Shown here one piece after another: positions 13,483-27,600 of a DNA stretch of 49,811 bases. Source of the DNA: Octopus sinensis (lineage: Eukaryota); assembly GCF_006345805.1 (NCBI RefSeq), contig NW_021834478.1:1-49811 (forward strand), given 5' to 3'. Under the pieces are notes generated by a model, which was not told the origin of the DNA, did no database searches, and saw nothing but the letters and a program-made list of their open reading frames with translations. Every line of letters starts with the position of its first letter. Position 1 is the stretch's first letter. Made by a program: the position numbers and the translations under genes.

Positions 13483-13900
13483 TGTATGTATGTATGTATG
13501 TACGTACGTACGTATGTATGTATGTATGTAAGTATGTGTGTATGTATGGATGTACGTACGTACGTATGTATGTATGTATGTAAGTATGTGTGTATGTATG
13601 TATGTATGTATGTATGTATGTGTGTATGTATGTATGTACGTACGTACGTATGTATGTATGTATGTAAGTATGTGTGTATGTATGTATGTATGTATGTATG
13701 TATGTATGGGCGTTTGGTGTATGCATTTGTGTGTTTGTGTGTGATCTTGTCTCTATATGTTTGTATCTGTATTTGCCTGTTTATGTGTATGTATTATAGT
13801 AAATCTGTGCGATTGTGTATGTGTTTCTACCTGTATTTATCTGTTTCTGTATGTGTGTATATGTCTCTACTTTCGTGTACGGACACCTGTTTGTAAGCAT
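11635..13900. repeat. Microsatellite-rich block: (TA)n, (TC)n, (TAA)n 12100-12195, (TG)n, (TATG)n
   Basis: Seen directly, with short unique spacers. Confidence 0.9.
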
Positions 13901-13971
13901 GTGTATATGCGAATATGTATAGCTGTGAGCATGCGTTCGTCTGTGCATCTATGTCAACGTGTTTTTATGCA

Positions 13972-14265
13972 TGCAGGTGTGGTTGTGTTTTAAGAAGTTT
14001 GCTTCCCAAATTCATGGTTCCAGGTTCAGTCCTGCTGTGTGGCACCTTTGGCAAGTGTCTTCTACTATAGCCTCGGGCCGACCAAAGCCTTGTGAGTGGA
14101 TTTGGTAGACGGAAACTGGAAGAAGCCAATGAGTTTATGTTTGTGTGTGTGCCTTTGTGTCTGTGTTCGTCCCCCCCACCCACCATCGTTTGACAACCGA
14201 TGTTGATGTGTTACATTCCCGTAATGTAGTGGTTCGGCAAAGAAGACCGATATAATAAGCACTGG
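13972..14265 (+). mobile_element. SINE family A, 3'-truncated diverged copy
   Basis: ggttccaggttcagtcc...gcaagtgtcttctactatagcctcgggccgaccaaagccttgtgagtggatttggtagacggaaactg. Confidence 0.88.
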
Positions 14266-14364
14266 TAAAATTTAGTTTAGTAGAACTTGCTGAATGGTCC
14301 AGTCGTCGGCGAGGGAACCAGCCTTACACTATGCTTGTTTTGTAAAAAGACAGTTCCAACTAAC

Positions 14365-14402
14365 CTTCCCCCCTACTCCATTGGGGAGGGTTGCTATAAT
14401 CT
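14365..14402 (-). CDS. Candidate 38-nt exon
   Basis: Acceptor attgattttgtcctatAG, donor AAG|GTTAGT; open as xIIATLPNGVGGK or DYSNPPQWSRGE. Confidence 0.25.
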
Positions 14403-15059
14403 CTATAGGACAAAATCAATAACTGCCAAGAGTGCACATGAACCCAACTTTCGTTCTATAACTTATTTATTGCGTTAGCGCCGATGCAATATCGTTGGAA
14501 TCGCGTACAAGATGTCTCGTTAACCTATTTTATTTTCATGCTATTTATTTCAGGATCTGTGGGTTTTATGGCTTCTTGGCATTTCAATAAATTACACGAA
14601 CTCAAATGATTCAAATAAGGAGTAAAATGATAAGAGCAATGGAGAGAATACCATGCGGTGTTCGTTCAGGATATTCTACACTCTGGCTTCAAAATACTTC
14701 TGATGCTAGCACTGCCTTTACTTCTTGTGATCGATAAATCAAGTACCATTCGTGGAGGATTAACAAATGGCTTCACTCTCGGTTTAATTTACGAAACTAT
14801 AATGTTAACAGAGATACACTTAGTTGCAGCATATTATGTTAGACAGTGTGGGATAATGGGAATAATTTGCAACTACAAAAATCATCATTGACGAAATACA
14901 GAAAGAAAGGAAATATGCGAACCGACTGACAGGTATGAGCTAAAGGGAAGTAGAGGACATAGGTAATTTATATGCATACACACAAGTACTATTCAGCCAC
15001 TGCTTTGAGTGTTTTATATTAAGAATCGGGTTGTTAAACGACTGGTCGTCCTCTTAGTC

Positions 15060-15240
15060 AAAGCTCGTTGTCGAAATGTACCTTCATTGTGTCGTTTCTA
15101 CATATATTTCCGTGGTTATTGTTCTGATGAACTTTCTGTTCTACTGCCCTCAATAAAGACCTTTAAGCGTGTTACCCGGTTCATTTCGTGCATCGTTTCT
15201 CTCCTGAGAAACGTCATAAGTTTCCGTTCTTAAGCTTCTT
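15060..15240 (+). pseudogene. Old CR1/Jockey-group LINE, RT C-terminal fragment
   Basis: RCRNVPSLCRFYIYFRGYCSDELSVLLPSIKTFKRVTRF matches the recalled RRNVASL-x-LFYRY-x-HG-x-CS-x-EL motif at the end of such ORF2s. Confidence 0.7.
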
Positions 15241-15479
15241 TCGTAACTTGATGGTTCGAATTTCAGAATCGAGTTGTTATAATGTTTGGTCCTCTTATTT
15301 TCACTAGGTTGGAGTCATTGATTCATCGTCGGAATATATCTCTTCTTTCGGTTCTGATCCTATAAATACACTCCTTCACCACCACCCCAACCATCCGAAA
15401 AAATATATGCAAACAGTGCCATACCGTTCACATGGCAACAACAGAACAGATAAAACATAAGCGCGCATGCGTATAAAAT

Positions 15480-18130
<2,651 letters not shown>

Positions 18131-18842
18131 GATCGTCATATTCGCGTGTCTTTCAAATGTAGTTGTTAAATTGCTACTATACTGAATATTATTACTAGTT
18201 ATGAAATACAGATAACATGTAGGAGAAATTTAGGAGAAACACAAGAATATAGCATATTATGGTTGCTTGGAATCCTGCATTGGTGTTCGATTTGTATTTG
18301 GATTCTTAACCAGAATGGGTCATCAAGGAAGAGAGTGTTTTCTTATATACGTATGTGTGTGTGTATGTATGTATGTATGTTTGTATGAATGTATGAATAC
18401 CCGATCGCGCGGTTAAACCATTGGGAGTGAAGGACTCCTAGCCTTTGTTAGGGCATCCTTCTAGGAGAAGGTAAAACCTGCGGCTCAGTGGTTACCGATG
18501 ATGTTGACTTGTTCTTCTTTTCGGATTTTGGCTGCTGTTGCTTAGTGAGTGGGATTGACTCAGTGCACAGCCTTTCCTCACTTTAAAAAAAATCTTCTTG
18601 CACAAGCATTGCACGATAACAACATTGTTCATGATTGTTGATGGTGCTGTGAGTCTCAACTGAATGGCTGGATGTAGCCTTAAAAAGCAAATAAAAGTCA
18701 CATTCCATCACAGCACCAATAACAGTTAAGCTTCGTGCAATGGCCATACTCGATAACGAGGGGGCAGCAATCATCATGTATGTATGTATCTGTGTATCTA
18801 TGTATGTATATATATGAGTCAATCTCTCTCTCTAATATATAG

Positions 18843-19175
18843 TCTCCCTTCGGTCATGACTGACCATGAGGGTGCACCTAGAAAGCTTCCCTCCCAAGCA
18901 CAAGTCCAGGCCAGGTTGTTTATGGAAGACCAGCAATCGTCCATGTATACCAGCCTCCCCACTTGATGCCAGCTATGTTTTCCGAGGGAAAGGCAAAGGG
19001 GCCGATACAGCTTGGCACCAGTGACGTCGCAATACATTTCTAGAGCTGAGAGAACTGGAGCAACTTGAAATAAAATGTCTTGCTCAAGAACATAACACAG
19101 CCCATTCCGGGATTGGGACTCATTACCACAAGATCGTGAGCTCGACGCTCCAACTAATGAGTCATGTGCCTTCAC
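18843..19175 (-). mobile_element. SINE family D (tRNA head, CORE/Meta-like cttgagcaagaca...gttgctccagt domain)
   Basis: Minus strand reads gtgaaggcacatgactcattagttggagcgtcgagctcacgatc...gtgttatgttcttgagcaagacattttatttcaagttgctccagt...catgaccgaagggaga. Confidence 0.8.
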
Positions 19176-19269
19176 AAATGCTAATATAATAAGTAGTTAT
19201 TTCATTTATTCATCAGTGCGGTACCACTTCAGATTATGTTCCAAAAATGTTAAAGGAAGACATAATATG

Positions 19270-19460
19270 CAGGAGGTTGTGGTGACCCCTGTTGTACTCT
19301 TTCGCCCCAACTTTCTCTCAATCTTGCTTCCTGTTTCTTGAGTAATGGTACGATGGACTGGCGTCCACTCAAACTGGGGGAATACATACGCCACAGAAGC
19401 CGTGAAACCGGGCCCATGAGCCTGGCTAGGCATGAAAAGGGCGCATAAATAAAAAAAAAA
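19270..19460 (+). mobile_element. SINE family C, 5'-truncated
   Basis: ctgttgtactctttcgccccaactttctctc...gatggactggcgtcc...gaaaccgggcccatgagcctgg...ataaataaaa; homologous to 20445-20757. Confidence 0.85.
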
Positions 19461-19559
19461 TTAATGAATCTGCTGCGTTGAAGTTGTCTGACGCTTTTTG
19501 TGCAGAAGTTGCCTAGATGAGCCTTTTTGTGCGAATCGATGTTGTTGAGTATACATTAA

Positions 19560-20100
19560 GGTTTGAGTAAAGTGGCAAGCTGTCATAAACCTTAGCGCAA
19601 CGGATAAAATGCATAGCGACATTTAGCAGCATTTTGTTTGCTTTGAGTTCAAACTTCGCCACAGTCAATTTCACTTTTCACCCCTCCGGGGTCGATCAAA
19701 TGGTGTGCCAGTTATGTATTGAGTCAATTCATTTGATTGTTCCTTTACAACAAAAACTTTCGGCTTCGTGCCATTGTAAGAGATTTTTTAAATTTCAGTA
19801 TCATTGTTATTAATTATTTCCATCTTCATCAACATCATTATTACAATCATTCTAATTATTGTTCTGGATGTTGTTTTTGTTTTTGTTTTGTTGGCAGAAT
19901 CGTTAGAGCGTCGGAGAAAATACTCAGCGCATTTCTTCCGACTCATTACGCTCTGAGTTCAAATTCCGCCAGAATCAACTTTACCTTTCGTCCCTCCGGA
20001 GTCGATGAAATAAAGTGCCAACCAAGCACTGGCGTCGATGGAATCGATTATCCCACTCACTAAAAGATTGCTGGGTTTGTGCCAAACTTGGAAGTAATTA
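19560..20100 (+). mobile_element. Two old diverged SINE family B copies (about 19560-19720 and 19890-20100)
   Basis: ggcagaatcgttagagcgtcgg...ctgagttcaaattccgcc...ggagtcgatgaaataaagt...tggcgtcgatggaatcgat. Confidence 0.75.
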
Positions 20101-20444
20101 TAGAGCCAAATCGCTTTATCTATGAATATGGGCTGTATTAAATCATTCGACGGTGGTCGTGTAGTGCAATAGCTCTTAAGATTTTGGTTCACCTCCTGCT
20201 TTCTGAACTTAAATTACTTCAGAAAAGCTTACAAATGTCCGTTAGTTGCAAATAAAAACGTATTTTATTTACGATTTGTAATAATTATTAATTTCTGCTA
20301 TGTCAGAGAAAAATGGAGAGCGTATAGTGGCTTCGGAAAGCAACCATTTTTATGCTGCGTGAATTATTCAGTAGTGAAAGAATATTCTTTAAATTCGAAG
20401 TGGCATGGAGCGGGAATCAATATTACACAATTTCATATAACTTT

Positions 20445-20757
20445 TTATTTATTTATACGCCTTTTTCAAGCCTGGGCAGGCTCATGGGCCCGGTTTCCAG
20501 GTTTCTATGGCGTATGTGTTCCCCCCAGTTGGACGGGAAGCCAGTCTTTCGCAGCGTTACTCAAGAAACAGGAAGAAAGAGTGAGAGAAAGTTGGGGCGA
20601 AAGAGTACAACAGGGGTCGCAACCACACCCTGCTGGAGCCTCGTGGAACTTTAGGTGTTTTCGCTCAATAAACACATACAACGCCCGGTCTGGGAATCGA
20701 AACCGCGATCCTCCGACTGCGAGTCCGCTGCCCTAACCACTGAACCATTGCGCCTCC
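20445..20757 (-). mobile_element. Full-length SINE family C (tRNA-derived head, V-domain-like gactggc segment, TAAA tail)
   Basis: Head ggaggcgcaatggttcagtggttagggcagcggactcgcagtcggaggatcgcggtttcgattcccagaccgggcg is tRNA-like with A and B boxes; bracketed by a 33-bp direct repeat. Confidence 0.9.
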
Positions 20758-21097
20758 ACGAATTATTCAGTAGTGAAAGAAAATTCTTTAAAGACATAAT
20801 TTGTGCAGTTGAAGATTAAGCTTGAAGGAATGGAAAACTTTAAATTCAATAATGACTTTTTATATTAAAAAACATTATACTTTGAAATGTAAAATTCCAA
20901 AGTTACAAAATATATTTCAATAATTGCCTCTTTATTCATTTCGAGCCTTGTGGTGGATACAAATCTAAATTTGTTCAATATCTGGCTGAAATTGCCGTTA
21001 GTGATATATAAAGACTACCTTTCCTTACAATATGAAGGCAGCTTGGTTAAAGCTAGATTTATCAAGATACGAAGTGGCTTGGAGCGGGAATCAATAT

Positions 21098-21691
21098 CTA
21101 ATTCTTTATTGCCCACAAGGAGCTAAGCATAGCGGGGACAAACAAGGACAGACAAAGGGACTAACTCGATTACATCGACCCCAGTGCGTAACTGGTACTT
21201 AATTTATCGGCCCCTAAAGGATGAAAGGCAAAGTCGACCTCGGCGGAATTTGAACTCAGAACGTAACAGCAGACGAAATACCTATTTCTTTACTACCCAC
21301 AAGGGGCTAAACACAGAGAGGACAAACAAGACAGACAAACGGATTAAGTCGATTATATCGACCCCAGTGTGTAACTGGTACTTATTTAATCCGAATGGAT
21401 GAAAGTCGAGCTCGGCGGAATTTGAACTCAAAACGTAGCGGCAGACGAAATACCTATTTTTATTTCTTTACTACCCACAAGGGGCTAAACACAAAAAAGA
21501 CAAACAAGGACAGACAAACGAATTAAGTCGATTACATCGACCCCAGTGCGTAACTGATACATAATTTATCGACCCCGAAAGAATAAAAGGCAAAGTTAAC
21601 CTCGGCGGAATTTGAACTCAGAACGTAACGGCAGACGAAATACTGTTAAGCATTTCGCCCTGCATGCTAACGATTCTACCAGCTCGCTGCC
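21098..21691 (-). mobile_element. Head-to-tail trimer of SINE family B (one full + two 5'-truncated units) within one 15-bp TSD
   Basis: Three copies of gtcgattacatcgaccccagtg...ctcggcggaatttgaactca; TSD agcgggaatcaatat at 21083-21097 and 21722-21736. Confidence 0.92.
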
Positions 21692-22579
21692 TTTCGCAGT
21701 TGTATAATATTGATTCCTCGCAGCGGGAATCAATATTATACAACTTCATATAACTTTACTTCCTCTTAAAGCAGAGCAAACTAAGCTGATATTTCATTAC
21801 TTTTGTTTTCAATATTTGTATCTATTCCATGTATGATTTTAAGCTTAAACTCTTTCATCATTATGTAATTCAGTGAGGTTATACTGTAAATTAATGTCAA
21901 CTTTTGCTGTATTTAACCCTCAAATGAATTCACCTCCTCACCTCTAGTATTGCTGTTCAAATGCTTTAAAAATATCAACATGCAGAGAAAGATTATCGCC
22001 TTTCACTGAAGTGTCAATCGTAGCCAAATTTGGAAACCAGACCAATTTGCAACATCCTGTATTCAACACTAAACTGCCTGAGTTTTCCAGTGGATCCAAT
22101 AGAAATCTTTGTACAAGAGATAGAATTACAGTCTTCGCCTTTAAACCGTTTGTTTTGGAAATTAAACTTTTCAGCTACGTTTAAGACGTAAAAGATATCA
22201 CACCTGATACCGACCGACTTTTATCCAAGCTGTTTACTATTCATAAACGACACAATACTCTCCCAAAGTCGAACAAAGAGACAAAGAAAGACAATTGTAT
22301 TTTTCATAACCAACTCACTCCTCTACTCATCAGTGAGTATTAAAAATCGTTGTTCATTGTGACTACAAAGTGCCCCAAAAACACGCATTATAGACGTAGT
22401 TAATGTGATAACAATGGCACATTTTATTACAATGGAAATAAGTGACTGGTAGCAATAGTTCTTCCAGCGGATTTGAAACAAAATGCGTGCAGACTCAGTT
22501 GTCTGTCTGTCTGTCTGTTTGTCTGCCTGTATATATACATATATATATATTCAAAATAAGCAACAAGAATGACTCCGGT

Positions 22580-22670
22580 AATTTGGTACGATCGTTTCGT
22601 ACTACATCATTTTATTAAATGTTGTAAGTATTACAACAGAAATAAGATGCTGAGTACTCATCAGCTAATT
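22580..22670 (-). ncRNA. Type-I hammerhead ribozyme motif, canonical core
   Basis: Minus strand: aauuag-CUGAUGA-GUACU[extended stem II]AGUAC-GAAA-C-GAUC-G-UA-ccaaauu; palindromic stem III/loop ACGAUCGU; imperfect stem I. Confidence 0.75.
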
Positions 22671-23291
22671 ATAGAGGTTTTCCATTAATACAAAAATTTT
22701 AAAATCAAGTGGTAACATTATAGAGAAGGTAGATATAGAGAGAAAGATGTGGGTTTGAATTTTAAGAACATATGAGGTAGTGAAGTCCTTCCACTGACTG
22801 ACTAAGATATGGCTGTTCCTTATAGTAATATAATAAGAGTAAATAAAGATTTAATGGTTTTTAAAATTACCAACAATTATTTACTGGTAGATTTCGGCAT
22901 GTAAATATAACCATTAACGGTAGGAACTTCTATAAAAGTTCAATATATATTTTGTATATACAATATATATATATTGATGCAAGGATTCTAAGAACCAAGG
23001 CACGTCAACACATAAGAAGCCAGAAAATGGCTAGGTAGAATGACATAGAGCTCGCTATGAAATAAAGCAGCATTGTAGACTTCAAGCGTTAGCAGGTTAC
23101 TGTAGATATGCAAGCACCAAATCCAATTTGTAACCTTCTATTGTATTACATCGAAACGTAATTTTCATTATGACCTGTTCTAAATACAAATGTGTTAGAG
23201 TGAAACATACGCATTTTATTCAATGTACGTCCACTGCATATTTCTAATATTGCTAATCTAAGTGAAATATATCAGAATTTCAATAAAATCA

Positions 23292-23367
23292 GTTATTGAA
23301 GGTAAAGGATTGTATATTATGATGCAATCTTTTACAACTACATTATACCGAAACAGCTGTCGTAAAT
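23292..23367 (+). ncRNA. Degenerate type-I hammerhead remnant
   Basis: uuauUGAA-GGUA[hairpin aaggattgta/tgcaatcttt]UACC-GAAA-C-AGCU-G-UC-guaa; core shortened. Confidence 0.4.
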
Positions 23368-23432
23368 TTTATACGCCATTCGTATTGACTATTTGACATA
23401 CATACATAAATACACATACCCACACGTTTGTG

Positions 23433-23476
<44 letters not shown>

Positions 23477-23561
23477 AAAGATACATAGATAGAGTGAGAG
23501 AGAGAGAGAGAGATGAACACCTTCAAATACTCTTATATGTATATGTATGCATACATATATA

Positions 23562-23604
<43 letters not shown>

Positions 23605-23697
23605 AGAGAGAGAGAGAGAAAGAGGGAGAAAGAAAGATAGATAGATAGATAGATATGAACACCTTCAAATACCTCTTATATGTATATGTAAGCATGC

Positions 23698-23743
<46 letters not shown>

Positions 23744-23948
23744 ATAATGCATTTATGTATAAATATATATGTTTGTGTATTCCTGTATATATACATCCGT
23801 AAACCTACGTGGAAGCAGAGAAACATGCCAGATATATTTATTCCTCTGTAGATTGAAAGAATGACAAACAGCCTTAATCGAATTTGGCCCCTTATTGTTG
23901 GGGGTATCAACAGCCATGTCTATATCAGCTGACTACCAGCAATATATA

Positions 23949-24171
23949 TTTCTTTACTACCCACAAGGAGCTAAACACAGAGGGGACAAACAAGGACAGA
24001 CAAACGGATTAAGTCGATTACATCAACCCCTGTGCGTAACTGGTACTTAATTTATCGACCTTGAAAGGATGAAAGCAAAGCCGACCTCGGCGGAATTTGA
24101 ACTCAGAACGTAACGGCAGACGAAATACGGCTACGCATTTCGCCCGGCGTGCTAACGTTTCTGCCAGCTTG
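23949..24171 (-). mobile_element. Full-length SINE family B with 13-bp TSD
   Basis: TSD ccagcaatatata at 23936-23948 and 24172-24184; head ggcaagctggcagaaacgttagcacgccgggcgaaatgc. Confidence 0.93.
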
Positions 24172-24297
24172 CCAGCAATATATAGAATCTCAATGACCTC
24201 GCAAATAGCCAGCAGGTTTATTTTTTAAAAAATATCATTAGAGACAAAGACACTATTAATACCAGAAAGGAAGAGCACAAAATACTGCGCTATTTAC

Positions 24298-24386
24298 CTT
24301 GAGAGGACTATTCCATATGGACGCACGGTGCATAAAAGCACTCATATATATATCGTAAGCCTGCTGACTATTTGTGATATCAATAC
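24298..24386 (-). CDS. Candidate 89-nt coding exon (phase 1 to 0)
   Basis: Acceptor ggatttctttttAG, donor AAG|GTAAAT, open frame xIDITNSQQAYDIYMSAFMHRASIWNSPLK; phase-compatible with the 47245-47053 exon. Confidence 0.4.
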
Positions 24387-24864
24387 CTAAAAAGAAATCC
24401 TATATATTGTTAGTAGTGAGGTTCAGCTGATATGCAGCTACCGGGCGTCTGTTACGGAGGAGTCTGGGTATATTGAAATTACGTGATCTGGCAGTTTCCG
24501 GCCTCCGTCCGACAACGATATAAATTACGAGTACTTTTATGCATCATACATCCATAAGAGAAATAATACAGTATTCTGAGCTCTAGCAAAACATCTACGT
24601 TAAGTCGGGCATTGAAATACCCTCGTCATTTTCCTGAGATTCGACGGTTTCGAACCTGAAATCTCGTTTTTAGCGAGCCTTTGAACCGCATAGCTATACA
24701 TTAAGCTATATGCACGAACACTAGAAAAACACGCCGTCTCTCTTTCTTATTTTATTATTATTTATTTTTTTTGTATTTGATTTTGAAGACAGAAGTAAAT
24801 TAATCAAAAATTATAATCAACTTCGAACCACTTTTGTTTGTTGCCGGTTTATATCTCTGATTCC

Positions 24865-24899
24865 TTATTATTATTATTATCATTATTATTATTATTATA

Positions 24900-24967
<68 letters not shown>

Positions 24968-25317
24968 TAATTATTATTATTATTAATTATTATTATATTA
25001 TTATTATTATTATTATTATTCTTAATTATTATTATTATCATTATTATCATTATTATCATTATTATTATTATTATTATTATAATATATATAGTGTTTTATT
25101 TTTATTCATTTCTACTTCCCTCGCATTCGCTCTTTCTTCCTCCTTTTCTTCCGCTTTCCATCTATATCCTACTATGTCTGTTTGTCTTCTATCGCTCTCT
25201 AATTTTCTCAGTCACTCATTTCATCCTCTTTATATATTTTAGTTCAGTAACTTCTCTTTCTCTTTATCTCTCCAGGCCTCTTTTTCTGTCAGTCTGTCTC
25301 TCTCTCTCTCTCTCTCG

Positions 25318-25349
<32 letters not shown>

Positions 25350-25800
25350 GTCCTCTTCTCTCTCCTTCGCTCTCTTTTTCTTTCTCTCTCACCTCTTCCC
25401 TCCCTGTTCTTCTTCTTCTATCTCTCTCTCTCTCTCTCCCAGTCTCTGCGGTTCATTTCACATCTTCATACTTCATCGTATTTTTCTGTTCATAAATTTA
25501 GTATTTCATAATTCTTTCATTTTCATGCTTTACTCCCACTTCACACAAACACACACACACACAAACACACACACACATACACAAACATAAACAAACAAAA
25601 ACAAACAACCGTCTCTACTCAAACCTCCTCCACCCTCCAGCATCACCTACTCTCTTTCCAGTTTTCTTTATCTCCAAGTTACATTCACTCTCACTGTCTC
25701 TCTCTCCTTTCTTTCTTTCCTTTTCTCTCTCTCTCTTTCCATCTCTCTCTCTCTTTCTCTCTTTCTTACTCTCTCTCTCTCTCTCTCTTACTCTTTCTCT
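24865..25800. repeat. (ATT)n tract followed by (TC)n-rich polypyrimidine and (CA)n tracts
   Basis: Seen directly. Confidence 0.92.
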
Positions 25801-26248
25801 CTTAATTTCATGTATTTCACAAAATCTTCCCCATACGCCCGCGTATTTTCCCAACCAAACTACACCAAACTACATTCTTAAAGTTCGTCTAATCCAGAGT
25901 TAAGAGATCTTCGCAAAGAAAAGTAGCTTAAATCCCAATTTAATTAATAAAAATCTGAGATTTAAGTGATTAAAGTCTCTTCATTTTCTGACATGTTGTC
26001 TTTCACTGTGGCAGACTTAGAATGCAATCAGGGGAGTGCAGCTGCTTAAACTTCTTTCTTCCGATAATTCTTATCTTTTGCAACGATGTGTTTGCATGTC
26101 TGCATAGATGTATGAATTCATATCCATATAATTATTTATCTTCACGTACATTACCTACTACAAATACACACAAAATATCTATACATATGTACATATGTAG
26201 ATATATGCACACAGACGCACGCGTGCAGGCACACACGCACATCCATAC

Positions 26249-26282
<34 letters not shown>

Positions 26283-26448
26283 ATCTATCTATCTATCTAT
26301 ATCTATCTATCTATATATATATATATATATACGCACACGCGCGCGCACGCACACATACACACACATACACAAACACACACACACACACAATACACTCACA
26401 ACACACACACAACACACACATGTTGGCGGCAATATGTTAGAGAATGAA

Positions 26449-27600
26449 GACGGCGAGGTGGTAGAAACGTTAGCACGCCGGGAGAAATGCGAAGCCGTAT
26501 TTCAGCTGCCGTTACGTTCTGAGTTCAAATTCCGCCGAGGTCGACTTTGTCTTTCATCTTATCGGGGTCGATAAATTAAATACCAGTTACGCACTGGGGT
26601 CGATATAATCGACTTAATCCATCTGTCTGTCCTTGTTTGTCTCCTCTGTGTTTAGCCCCTTGTGGGTTGTAAAGAAATAGGTATGTAGGTATGTAGGAAG
26701 GTAGTTAGGTATATAGGTAGGTAGGTAGGTAGGTAGGTAGGTAGGTAGGTAGGTAGGTAGGTAAGTAGGAAGGTAAGTAAGTAGGTAGGTAGGTAGGTAG
26801 GTAGGTAAGTAGGAAGGTAAGTAAGTAGGTAGGTAGGTAGGTAGGTAGGTAGGTAGGTAGGTAGGTAGGTAGGTAGGTAGGTAGGTAAGTAAAGGCGGCG
26901 AGCTGGCAGAAACGTTAGCACGCCGGGCGAATGCATAGCCGTATTTCAGCTGCCGTTACGTTCTGAGTTCAAATTCCGCCGAGGTCGACTTTGTCTTTCA
27001 TCTTATCGGGGTCGATAAATTAAGTACCAGTTACGCACTGGGGTCGATATAATCGACTTAATCCAACTGTCTGTCCTTGTTTGTCTCCTCTGTGTTTAGC
27101 CCCTTGTGGATAGTAAAGAAATAGGATAGGTAGGTATGTAGGTAGGTAGGTAGGTAGGTAGGTAGGTATGAAGGTAGGTAGGTAGGTATGTAGGTATGTA
27201 GGTAGGTAGATAGGTATGTATGTATGTAGGTACGTAGGTATGTATGTATGTATGTATGTAGGTATGTATGTATGTATGTATGTATGTATGTATGTAGGTA
27301 TGTATGTAAGTAGGTAGGTAGGTAGGTAGGTAGGTAGGTAGGTAGGTATGAAGGTATGTATGTATGTATGTATGTAAGTAGGTAGGTAGGTAGGTAGGTA
27401 GGTAGGTAGGTATGTATGTATGTATGTATGTATGTATGTATGTATGTATTTGTTATGTATGTAGTATGTATTATGTAGGTAAGTAGGTATGTATGTATGT
27501 ATTTATGTATGTAGGATGTATGTATGTATGTATGTAAGTAGGTAGGTATGTAGGTATGTCGTAGGTAGTATAGGTAGTAGGTAGGTAGGTAGGTAGGTAA
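26449..27600 (+). mobile_element. Tandem pair of SINE family B (26449-26680, 26894-27123), each followed by (GTAG)n/(GTAT)n
   Basis: Both copies share variants (gtatttcagctg, tgtctttcatcttatcgggg, gatataatc, tgtctcctc) absent from the other B copies here. Confidence 0.92.

Noticed and set aside
20680-20757. tRNA gene
   Set aside because: tRNA-like head without a proper acceptor stem, continuing into a SINE body that has other copies in the window.
21970-22175. Open frames of about 70-77 codons on both strands, one sharing FTEVSIV with the 1816-1598 ORF
   Set aside because: No recognisable family; a 7-residue match is plausible by chance among this many translated positions.
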